From positions 80,435-111,555 of the IMG/VR virus record IMGVR_UViG_3300036852_000353: a stretch of 31,121 nucleotides of DNA; one strand, given 5' to 3'. The notes under the pieces were generated by a model. It searched no databases. It was given only the letters and a program-made list of their open reading frames with translations, and was not told where the DNA came from. Of the stretch, positions 24,215 through 31,121 are shown one piece after another. How positions within the stretch are numbered: position 1 is the stretch's first letter; every line of letters starts with the position of its first letter. The position numbers and the translations under genes are program-made. Source of the DNA: a virus.

Positions 24215-24831
24215 TCCGCGGGGTCGTCGGTGAGCGGGACCAGGTCCAGCACGGCGGGCGGGAGCGCAACAGCCAGCTTCGCGGCCTCACTGCCCGCCTT
24301 CAGGGCGCGGGCGTCGTGCCCCTCGGCCTCGGCACGCAGAGCGGCGGCCTTGCCCTCCTCGCTGGCCTGCATGCCCCGGTGGTACAGGTAGCGGCTCAGA
24401 TCCATCCAGCCGGGCGTCTGCACGTCGAAGGTGTCCAGCGCCCGGACGGTCTCCTCCCACATCAGATTGAACGTCTTGGTGTGCCGGTCGACGGGGCCGC
24501 GCCGGTCGTTGCGGAACCCGCCCCCGAAGGGGACGTAGCCGTCCCGGTGCCAGCGCCCCTCCCGATAACCATTCGCGTACTCGATGTGCGTGCGGTCCTC
24601 GAAGAAGACCTTGTAGTGCACGGCGTAGGCACGCCCGCGGATCGTCCAGTGATCGGCAGCGTCCGGGTCGGCCTCGAACGCGGGATCGGACGCCACACGC
24701 AGCATGGGCCGCAGGTCGGTGACGTTGCCGCGCTCGGTGTCGTGGTAGCTGTACGGATCGGCCTGCTCCACCGCGATGTACAGCGGGCCGTACAGGGTGG
24801 CGAATGTGACGGGGGTGGTGATGGTTTTCAT
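24211..24831 (-). CDS. Hypothetical protein (206 aa)
   Basis: GAGAGGA RBS. Confidence 0.85.
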   Translation of the reverse strand: MKTITTPVTFATLYGPLYIAVEQADPYSYHDTERGNVTDLRPMLRVASDPAFEADPDAADHWTIRGRAYAVHYKVFFEDRTHIEYANGYREGRWHRDGYVPFGGGFRNDRRGPVDRHTKTFNLMWEETVRALDTFDVQTPGWMDLSRYLYHRGMQASEEGKAAALRAEAEGHDARALKAGSEAAKLAVALPPAVLDLVPLTDDPAE

Positions 24832-24863
24832 ATCGGTGTCCTCTCTTGGTCATGCTGCGAGGG

Positions 24864-24888
24864 GAATGCACACCGGGGGTGTGCACTC
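24864..24888 (-). terminator. Stem-loop
   Basis: GAGTGCACACC-CCC-GGTGTGCATTC, intergenic. Confidence 0.45.
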
Positions 24889-24904
24889 GGGTCACGCGGC
24901 ATGC

Positions 24905-25156
24905 TCAGTAATCCTCGTCCCAGCGCTCACCGGCGTACGTCGGGTCGAACCCGCCCGGGGGGACGTCGGAGAAGGGTGCGTACCGGCGGATGATGTCCTC
25001 CTGCTTCTTCAGCCGCTCCGCCCAGTGCCCGTCACAGCGGGGGAAGGAGCGGCCCGTGCCGGACAGCGGCATGCGGTACTCGACCGCGCCGGAACATTGG
25101 TTGTTGTGCCGGTCGAGACACTCCAGCGGCTCGGCGGATTCGTTGGTGTCGGTCAT
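24905..25156 (-). CDS. Hypothetical protein with Cys/His motif
   Basis: GAGGAG RBS; CLD..CSG..RCDGH. Confidence 0.8.
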   Translation of the reverse strand: MTDTNESAEPLECLDRHNNQCSGAVEYRMPLSGTGRSFPRCDGHWAERLKKQEDIIRRYAPFSDVPPGGFDPTYAGERWDEDY

Positions 25157-25168
25157 GATCCGTTCTCC

Positions 25169-25471
25169 TCAGCTGCACTCGGGGCACGGTGCCCCGGCGG
25201 AACAGACGGTGCTGCCCAAGGCGCACACCCTCTCGGTACGGAAGCTGATGCCCAGCACGCTGTGGGTGACGGTCTCGCCCAGGGGGCAGGCGGCCACCCG
25301 CTCGGCGAACGTCTGCGCCCCGCCGTCGCTGACATCCAGACCAGCGGCACGGGCCCGCTCCTCGACCAGCATCCGCACGGTACGGATGGTGTCACGGCGG
25401 TTGTCATACGGGCTGCGCAGGGACTTGACCTCACGGCCATTGCCGCGGGTGAAGTACAGGTTGTAGGGCAC
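25169..25471 (-). CDS. Hypothetical protein, local family member
   Basis: GGAGG RBS; AQTFAERVAACPLGETVTHSVLGISFRT. Confidence 0.75.
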   Translation of the reverse strand: MPYNLYFTRGNGREVKSLRSPYDNRRDTIRTVRMLVEERARAAGLDVSDGGAQTFAERVAACPLGETVTHSVLGISFRTERVCALGSTVCSAGAPCPECS

Positions 25472-25473
25472 GG

Positions 25474-25656
25474 TCAGGCCTCCCCGTCGGCGGGCGTGGA
25501 CGCAGCGGCCACGACGGCGGCGAACCGCTCGGGCGGGATGCTCACCCAGCGGGACTCGCCCCCGGGGCCGCGGACCTTGATCGCCGGAAGCTCCAGTTCG
25601 TCGTCAATGGGACGGGCCTTGTTCAGCTCACGGGCGATGTACTCGTTGTCGGCCAT
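25474..25656 (-). CDS. Hypothetical protein
   Basis: GGAGG RBS before ATG 25656. Confidence 0.7.
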   Translation of the reverse strand: MADNEYIARELNKARPIDDELELPAIKVRGPGGESRWVSIPPERFAAVVAAASTPADGEA

Positions 25657-25658
25657 GG

Positions 25659-26060
25659 TCAGTCCTCCAGCTTCGGACGGCGGGGAAAGCGGACCTCGTT
25701 GCCGTCGGCGTTCGTGATCACGGCGGTGGCGCCGTCTGTCTCCGCACGGACGACGGCCAGGCGTGCATCCGTGAGCGTCAGGTTGTGGAGCGTCCCGGCA
25801 AGGTCCCCGCTGGTCACGGTCACGGTGTACGGGCCGGACTCGTGCGCGATGTAGGCGGCGACGGCGTCCCATGCATTCCAGTTGGCCATGCCAATGTGAT
25901 GGCCGTTGTGGCTGATGTGCAGATACCAGCCCGCCCCGTTGTTGCGGACCGTCCAGCGGCCGGGGGCGGCGCCCGTCACCTCCAGCACCGCACAGCGCCA
26001 CGACGGGTCCGGTCCGTCGTCGGGGTGCCACGTGGCGGGGGGCTTGACAGTGACAGTCAT
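25659..26060 (-). CDS. Hypothetical protein
   Basis: GAGGAG RBS. Confidence 0.78.
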   Translation of the reverse strand: MTVTVKPPATWHPDDGPDPSWRCAVLEVTGAAPGRWTVRNNGAGWYLHISHNGHHIGMANWNAWDAVAAYIAHESGPYTVTVTSGDLAGTLHNLTLTDARLAVVRAETDGATAVITNADGNEVRFPRRPKLED

Positions 26061-26062
26061 GG

Positions 26063-26524
26063 TCAGAACTCCTCAACGGGGCAGCGGCCGTAGTGCTCGG
26101 CGCGGTAGGTGTCCGTGCACTTCACGCAGTGCTGGAAGTACCCGCCCCGCTTGTACACGTAGGGGCGGGTGATGGACTCCCCGCAGTACGCGCCGATGTT
26201 CGCCGGGGTGTCACGGCGCAGGTGAATGATGGTGCCGCTCTCGGTGAGCAGGCCGAAGCGCTGCCGGGGGATGCAGTCGAAGCCAGTCCCGTAGCGGCGG
26301 GCGATGTCCTCGGCCACGGCTTCGGCGGACCAGCCCTTACCGGCCGCCCCGGTGGCCAGGCAGCGCCAGCCTGCGACCTGATGGCCGATGACAGCCCAGC
26401 GCTGGGCGGCGGGATCGACCAGGACCAGGGCACGCATGCCGTTCGCCTCACGCTCGATGCGGTGGCGGTAGGTGTAGGGGCCCAGGTCCTCGTGGACGAG
26501 AGCCGCTCCGGGTTTCATGGTCAT
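26063..26524 (-). CDS. Hypothetical protein with C-terminal H..YCG..CxxC Zn motif
   Basis: GGGAG RBS; IIHL..AYCG..HCVKC. Confidence 0.78.
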   Translation of the reverse strand: MTMKPGAALVHEDLGPYTYRHRIEREANGMRALVLVDPAAQRWAVIGHQVAGWRCLATGAAGKGWSAEAVAEDIARRYGTGFDCIPRQRFGLLTESGTIIHLRRDTPANIGAYCGESITRPYVYKRGGYFQHCVKCTDTYRAEHYGRCPVEEF

Positions 26525-26526
26525 GG

Positions 26527-26658
26527 TCAGGCTCCCAGGTAGGGCCGCACGGAGCGGCGGAACGTCTGACGGTCGGCGCGCTTGAGCTGGCGGCGGCGCA
26601 CGGTCAGGTCACGGCGGCGCAGGTGGAGGCGGTCACGGTAGTAGTGGCGGCGGGTCAT
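26527..26658 (-). CDS. Arg-rich 43-aa peptide
   Basis: GGAAGGA RBS; MTRRHYYRDRLHLRRRDLTVRRRQLKRADRQTFRRSVRPYLGA; GC-rich third positions. Confidence 0.65.
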   Translation of the reverse strand: MTRRHYYRDRLHLRRRDLTVRRRQLKRADRQTFRRSVRPYLGA

Positions 26659-26682
26659 GGCGGAATCCTTCCAGGGACGGGA

Positions 26683-26919
26683 CTAGGCGTCGGCGGTATC
26701 GGCCAAGGGGGCGGGGGCCTCGGCCGTCTCGTACAGGGCGAGGGTTTCGCCACCGGTCGGCGTCATGATCCGGGTCAGGGTGACTGACTGGCCGGACGCG
26801 TTCGTGTCGGTCCAGATGTAGACCGGGTAGCCGTGCTCGCGGGCCCATGTGACACCGCCCGTGACGACCGTGGGCAGGACGAAGCTGGAGCCGCGCCAGT
26901 GGATCTCGGTGATGGTCAT
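26683..26919 (-). CDS. Hypothetical protein
   Basis: AGGAGG RBS; ATGA overlap. Confidence 0.75.
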   Translation of the reverse strand: MTITEIHWRGSSFVLPTVVTGGVTWAREHGYPVYIWTDTNASGQSVTLTRIMTPTGGETLALYETAEAPAPLADTADA

Positions 26920-27140
26920 GCCGTCACCTCCTGAGGGATATCGGCCAGCGGGACGGACACGGCCCGGTTGTTGTCGCGCAGGTGCACGCGGGGGGTGCCG
27001 TCGTCCTCCTCCAGCACGCCCACGAAGGCCACGGTGTAGCCGGGGTGGGCGTCGGGGAACGGCTCGAAGGTGGCGCCGGGGGCGAGGAGACGGCCGTTGT
27101 AGGTGATCTCGTGGGTGTGCGGGTCGGTGGTCAGGGGCAT
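26916..27140 (-). CDS. Hypothetical protein
   Basis: CCGACAAGGAAGG motif upstream. Confidence 0.78.
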   Translation of the reverse strand: MPLTTDPHTHEITYNGRLLAPGATFEPFPDAHPGYTVAFVGVLEEDDGTPRVHLRDNNRAVSVPLADIPQEVTA

Positions 27141-27196
27141 GGGAGTGCCTTCCTTGTCGGTGTAACGGAGAGGTAACTTTGTTGAAGGTTGAACGT

Positions 27197-27230
27197 AGTG
27201 ACCTCCCCGTTACATCACGGGAAGGTCACT
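27197..27230 (-). terminator. 14-bp stem-loop overlapping the stop of the RHH-wHTH gene
   Basis: AGTGACCTTCCCGT-N6-ACGGGGAGGTCACT. Confidence 0.55.
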
Positions 27231-27636
27231 GCTTGGGGTTGCGGAGACGGATGCCCCGGTAGATGTAGGTCAGCCGACCGTCACGGCGGACACGGGCGGA
27301 TGAGACGCCGGGGCATGCGGACTGAATCGCAGCACCGAATACCGAGGCATGCTGAACGCGCATGTCATCCGCGGAGCCGTAGTCACGGAACGCCTCATAC
27401 AGAGTGCGGGACGCAATCTCATACTCCGGAGAGCATTCGCACAGGTCAGAGACGAAAGAGACCAGGGGGTCCATGGGAATTCCGGGGGCTGTCTCCTGCT
27501 CGGGGATACCCAGGTGGGCGCGGATAGCGGCCAGGATTACCGCGTTCATGGTGGTGCCCTGGTCGGCTGCCGCGAGCCGGATTTGACGGTGAAGGTCGGT
27601 GGTGAGTGGGACTTTGTGGAGCACTCGATCAGTCAT
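27226..27636 (-). CDS. Ribbon-helix-helix domain fused to a P4/D5-primase C-terminal winged-helix-like domain
   Basis: N-term KVPLTTDLHRQIRLAAADQGTTMNAVILAAIRAHL (Arc/ParG-like RHH); C-term DPLVSFVSDLCE..LYEAF..FGAAI..RRDGRLTYIYRGIRL. Confidence 0.75.
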   Translation of the reverse strand: MTDRVLHKVPLTTDLHRQIRLAAADQGTTMNAVILAAIRAHLGIPEQETAPGIPMDPLVSFVSDLCECSPEYEIASRTLYEAFRDYGSADDMRVQHASVFGAAIQSACPGVSSARVRRDGRLTYIYRGIRLRNPKQ

Positions 27637-27695
27637 GTTCTGAGCGTACCGGCCCTGTGGGGCAGCACTCCCAGATAGTTGGCGTGTGCATCTAT

Positions 27696-28005
27696 TGTTC
27701 CGACCCCCATCCTGTTGTGTTCCGAGTGAGGATGTCGAGGTCGGAACAGTGTTTTCCCAGGTCACAGGGTGTTTGTTCCGAGTGTTCCGAGTGTTCCGAG
27801 TGGAAACGAAGGCAATGCGTGAGAAGGGGTCAGATAACAGATAGGTAACGGTAACGAATAGGTAACGCACGCATGCGCACGTATAAGGAACCTAGAGATT
27901 GGTCGGAACACCCGGAAACCTCGGAACACAGGTGGGGTGACCTGCGCAGATGGTGTTCCGACTTACCTGTTCCGACCCCGGAACAGGGTCGGGTACCTCG
28001 GAACA
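27696..28005. repeat. Iteron-like octamer cluster, putative replication origin
   Basis: TGTTCCGA at 27696, 27718, 27774, 27783, 27792, 27954, 27968; TCGGAACA at 27741, 27903, 27921, 27998; CCGGAACA at 27978; A-rich central spacer with GGTAACG x3. Confidence 0.7.
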
Positions 28006-28040
28006 GGGGCCGGACGTGGCGGCGTCAACCCGGGGTGGCT

Positions 28041-28046
28041 TACGGT
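28041..28046 (+). promoter_or_regulatory. -10 element TACGGT, probable leaderless start at 28054
   Basis: TAnnnT 7 nt before ATG with no RBS. Confidence 0.4.
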
Positions 28047-28053
28047 CCGGGGC

Positions 28054-28662
28054 ATGAGCGAGAGTGTGGCCCCGGCCGATCCGGGTCTGGCCGTGATCGA
28101 GCGGCTGTGCTGGCATCTGTCGGGGTGGAACGTCGAGCAACGCGACGTTGACCGGCTCCTGGCCGAGATACAGGTGTACGCGGCAGGGGCGGGCAGTTCC
28201 GGCGCAGCGGCGCCGTTGGCCAGCGGGGGTGAGGGGGCTGAGATGGCGCCTGACGCCCCCCTGAGCGCTGCGGAAGCCCCCGCCGGGCCCGTGGAACCGT
28301 CCGGGCCCGTGCAAGAGGCGCAGGTGCCCGTACAGCGCGTCCACGTGACAGGGACGCTCGCGCTGGTCTGCCCCGGGGGGCACGCGCCAGCCGCACAACC
28401 GGCGTCGCACAAGCGGCAGGCACCGCGCACGCGCAGGCGGGTACCCGCAGCGCAGCGCAGACGGCAGCCCGCCTCGCCGGACACACACGACCCGTCGCAG
28501 CCCGAGGACTTCCGCACCTGCCGGGAATGCCGGGAAAGCAAGGCCATCGGTGAATTCGTCCGGGATGTTCACGGACGGCGCGGACGTAAAACGGTGTGCC
28601 GGGACTGCGAGAACACCCGCAAGCGCACCGCACGCCGCGCGAAGAAGCAGACGGCCGCCTGA
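28054..28662 (+). CDS. Protein with C-terminal CxxC..CxxC zinc finger
   Basis: RTCRECRESKAIGEFVRD..GRKTVCRDC, resembling Zn modules attached to phage endonucleases; low-complexity linker. Confidence 0.75.
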   Translation: MSESVAPADPGLAVIERLCWHLSGWNVEQRDVDRLLAEIQVYAAGAGSSGAAAPLASGGEGAEMAPDAPLSAAEAPAGPVEPSGPVQEAQVPVQRVHVTGTLALVCPGGHAPAAQPASHKRQAPRTRRRVPAAQRRRQPASPDTHDPSQPEDFRTCRECRESKAIGEFVRDVHGRRGRKTVCRDCENTRKRTARRAKKQTAA

Positions 28663-28943
28663 TGGCGATGATCCGCCGCTACGGGCAGTTCCCCGCCCTG
28701 TTCGTGCCCGACGAAGGAGAAGTGGTCCGCGCGGCACGCTCACCTGCCGGGCCCTACCTGCGGGCCGTCGTGGTCAAGGTACGCCGCGCGTCAGAGGACT
28801 ACATCCGCATTGACTTTGTGTGGCTGGAGTCCTGGCCCGTCTCCCCGAGCGGCACCGGGCACCGTGCGGGGGAGAAAGGCCATGTGGAGATCCACCGGGA
28901 CGACACCATCCCGCTGATCCGGCGCCTGCCCGTCAAGCCGTGA
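28662..28943 (+). CDS. Hypothetical protein
   Basis: TGATG coupling to upstream gene. Confidence 0.7.
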   Translation: MAMIRRYGQFPALFVPDEGEVVRAARSPAGPYLRAVVVKVRRASEDYIRIDFVWLESWPVSPSGTGHRAGEKGHVEIHRDDTIPLIRRLPVKP

Positions 28944-29006
28944 CAGGGGCGGGGTGGCCACGGCCCACAGGGGGCTGCACTTCCCCGCCCGTACGTCAGG
29001 CAACGC

Positions 29007-29435
29007 TCACGCCACCGGCGTGATCTTCAGGTGGTAGGCGCGCACGGGGCCGTGCAGCCACGTCGAGTAATCCACCGGCCGTCCGTCGTCCGTCCGCAGC
29101 CGTGGGCTACCGTCGTCGTTGACGTTCACCGGGAACCGGTCGAGCATGATCCGGTCGCGTTCCTGGGAGAACCCCTGGACATACCAGGGAGTCACCCTGC
29201 ACCCGTCATCGATCAAGTAGATGGCCTTGAATGCGTCAGGCTCGGCATTCCAGCCGACCACCACGTAGCGGACGCTCCCCTCGGCCGACGTCCACACTTC
29301 CAGCAGCGAGTGGGCAATCCGGCGCGGCACGGGCTCATAGTTGTCCATGGCGCAGCAGAAACCCACGGTGTGAGTGAATGTCTCCCCCGTGTGCGGGTTG
29401 GTCCAGCCGACCGGCTTGTCATCGGTGTAGCTCAT
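29007..29435 (-). CDS. Hypothetical protein
   Basis: GAGGGAG RBS before ATG 29435. Confidence 0.78.
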   Translation of the reverse strand: MSYTDDKPVGWTNPHTGETFTHTVGFCCAMDNYEPVPRRIAHSLLEVWTSAEGSVRYVVVGWNAEPDAFKAIYLIDDGCRVTPWYVQGFSQERDRIMLDRFPVNVNDDGSPRLRTDDGRPVDYSTWLHGPVRAYHLKITPVA

Positions 29436-29437
29436 GA

Positions 29438-29740
29438 TCAGATCTCCCTCTCCAGCCGAACCGTCTCCACGCTGCGCACGTCGAACCGAGCGGTCAGCGT
29501 GCCGTGTTTGCGCAGCCATACCGGCTGCCTGCGCAGCTTGTACGCCTGCGTGACCTCCATCGACCCCGTGCCGGGAATCCGGCACAGGCCCGGGTACGAC
29601 AACACCCACTGAGCCGCCGTGCTCGGCGACGATGCCTTGACGTTCACCGCGGCCACCGTGACGTGCGTGAACGCACGGTTCACCGCGCGCACGTTGACCC
29701 GGTACACCGAGTGCGGCGGACTGTCCGAAAGAATCGGCAT
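29438..29740 (-). CDS. Hypothetical protein
   Basis: AGGAGGGG RBS. Confidence 0.75.
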   Translation of the reverse strand: MPILSDSPPHSVYRVNVRAVNRAFTHVTVAAVNVKASSPSTAAQWVLSYPGLCRIPGTGSMEVTQAYKLRRQPVWLRKHGTLTARFDVRSVETVRLEREI

Positions 29741-29770
29741 GACTTCCCCTCCTGTGACTGTGCGGACATC

Positions 29771-29802
29771 CGGCCCGCCGTTCCCTGCGGAACGGTGAGC
29801 CG
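29771..29802. terminator. Imperfect stem-loop
   Basis: CGGCCCGCCGTTCC-CTGC-GGAACGGTGAGCCG, intergenic. Confidence 0.4.
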
Positions 29803-29815
29803 AGACCCGTACAGG

Positions 29816-30172
29816 TCAGGCGTAGTGAGTCCAGCGCTCCCCGTCGCGCTCACGCCATGCGACCGCGTGACCGTTCGGGCACGAACCAAACGTGCACCCC
29901 CACGACTCGACAGAGCATGACGCGCCGAACCCGACGAGCCACCGCCCGCCGTCGTCGTCCACCAGGGAGCGCACGCTCCGCGCATACCAGCGGTCACCGA
30001 TCGTCGCCGGTCCAGAGACGATCTGATACCGGACGTCGTCGCCCATACCGAGGTGATTCTTCGGACGGAAGTGAACCAAGTGCTCGCCTTCCACACGGAT
30101 CGTCAGTCCCATGTCCGCGCGGGTGATGGGCGTCTTGCCGTCCCACTCGTACGGCAGTCTCTTTCTCATCAC
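29816..30172 (-). CDS. Hypothetical protein
   Basis: GGGAGGG RBS; coupled. Confidence 0.75.
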   Translation of the reverse strand: MMRKRLPYEWDGKTPITRADMGLTIRVEGEHLVHFRPKNHLGMGDDVRYQIVSGPATIGDRWYARSVRSLVDDDGGRWLVGFGASCSVESWGCTFGSCPNGHAVAWRERDGERWTHYA

Positions 30173-30471
30173 TCACCCTCCCGTTCCGGCGCGATCCTCG
30201 TGCAGTACGACCCGAACGCGTCGAACGCGTCCACCTCGCCCGTGTAGCCGATGCTCGGCACGTGCACGGTCACCCGCCTACCTTCGATGGCCCGGATATA
30301 CCCCCACGTGGCGCGGTGCGGGTTGATATACCCGTAGTTGTTCGGCGGGTAGAACGCTGCGAGGTGGCCGATGTACGGCTTCAGCGCTTCAGTGATCTCC
30401 TCGGCGCTGAGCCCCTGCTGGGTGCTCAGGTACACCGTGCCGTCCGTGCTGGCCACGTACTTTGGAATCAT
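30169..30471 (-). CDS. Hypothetical protein
   Basis: GGGAGAG RBS before ATG 30471. Confidence 0.75.
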   Translation of the reverse strand: MIPKYVASTDGTVYLSTQQGLSAEEITEALKPYIGHLAAFYPPNNYGYINPHRATWGYIRAIEGRRVTVHVPSIGYTGEVDAFDAFGSYCTRIAPEREGE

Positions 30472-30486
30472 GTCTCTCCCCAATCC

Positions 30487-30520
30487 GGCACGGAGTGCCA
30501 CCTAAGTGACACTCCGTGCC
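30487..30520. terminator. 15-bp stem-loop
   Basis: GGCACGGAGTGCCAC-CTAA-GTGACACTCCGTGCC, followed by ATTTTT on plus. Confidence 0.5.
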
Positions 30521-30586
30521 ATTTTTCCGCTGTGACACGACGTGTCGTGTCGGGACTACACCAGTTGAACGCGTTCAACTCCACAC

Positions 30587-30600
30587 CGAACGACCGTTCG
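30587..30600. promoter_or_regulatory. LexA (SOS) box-like site
   Basis: CGAAC-GACC-GTTCG matches Gram-positive/actinobacterial CGAAC-N4-GTTCG; intergenic. Confidence 0.55.
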
Positions 30601-30657
30601 GTACGCGTTACGGATCATCCAGTGATCAAACTTGACTAGCCACCGGTGGGGCAGGCG

Positions 30658-31086
30658 CTAGATGCGGTAGCCGAGCTGTGCGCACGTGAGGGTGGCGTCT
30701 TGGCCTGCCCAGCGGTTGACCTGCTCGTTGTTGCGGTAGGTGTCGTAGGTGACGTCACCGGTGAGTTCGCGGGTGGCGGTCATGATGCCGCCGTGGCGGT
30801 GGGCGTAGCGGCAGATGCCGCGCTGGGTGGTGTAGTCGTCGTGCTCCTGGCCGCGCTTGCCCTCGGGCACGGCGTTCCACAGGCGGGCGGCGTCCTTGGG
30901 CGTGCCGTGGGTGAGGCAGGCGTGGTCATAGGCGGGCTGTCCGCGGTAGCCGGTGTCACAGACGGAGGCCATGAGGGGGTGGGTGGGGGTGGGTGCTGCT
31001 TGTGCGCTGGGGGTGGTGGCGGTGAGGAGGGTGATGAGTCCTGCGCCGATGCCTGCGAATGCACGCCGGATACTGATCATGTGCAT
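30658..31086 (-). CDS. Secreted protein with signal peptide
   Basis: MHMISIRR + hydrophobic core + AQA-A cleavage motif; four Cys; GACAAGGAAG RBS. Confidence 0.82.
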   Translation of the reverse strand: MHMISIRRAFAGIGAGLITLLTATTPSAQAAPTPTHPLMASVCDTGYRGQPAYDHACLTHGTPKDAARLWNAVPEGKRGQEHDDYTTQRGICRYAHRHGGIMTATRELTGDVTYDTYRNNEQVNRWAGQDATLTCAQLGYRI

Positions 31087-31121
31087 GTCACTTCCTTGTC
31101 TGTTGGTGCCCGCTCGTGGAT

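Noticed and set aside
27637-28053. N-terminal extensions of ORFs 27226-27870 and 27937-28662 (e.g. TRNTRNTRN)
   Set aside because: These are translations of the iteron repeats; the region is better explained as non-coding.
30563-30580. AGTTGAACGCGTTCAACT as a second LexA box
   Set aside because: The GAAC/GTTC spacing is 2 nt rather than 4; kept only as an unassigned palindrome.

Overview
High-GC, actinobacterial (Streptomyces-like) mobile-element DNA, most likely the early/accessory arm of a large temperate phage or phage-plasmid. No virion, integrase, conjugation, tRNA or CRISPR genes are visible. About 80 small, tightly packed genes lie on the minus strand; only two (28054-28943) are on plus. 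Recognisable genes are an AEP primase/SF3 (P4/D5-type) helicase running off the left edge, a chromosomal-type ParA/Soj with no parB in the window, a PadR regulator, HTH proteins, an MmpS-like membrane protein and an unusual RHH + primase-C-terminal winged-helix fusion. The most striking feature is 20 copies (plus 1 degenerate) of the bacterial chromosomal centromere parS (TGTTTCACGTGGAACA). All have the same orientation and all sit at gene junctions; 16 of them mark 16 of the 17 junctions in an 18-gene block around parA (2574-7769). This suggests an element that recruits host ParB for partitioning, silencing or titration, with a parS-punctuated, cassette-like gene array. Other features: a likely iteron origin (12 x TGTTCCGA, 27696-28005), a leader peptide and RBS-occluding hairpin upstream of the primase, a repeated start-associated motif (CGACAAGGAAG), a LexA-type box and two paralog families. 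All family calls come from reading motifs by eye; no searches were run.
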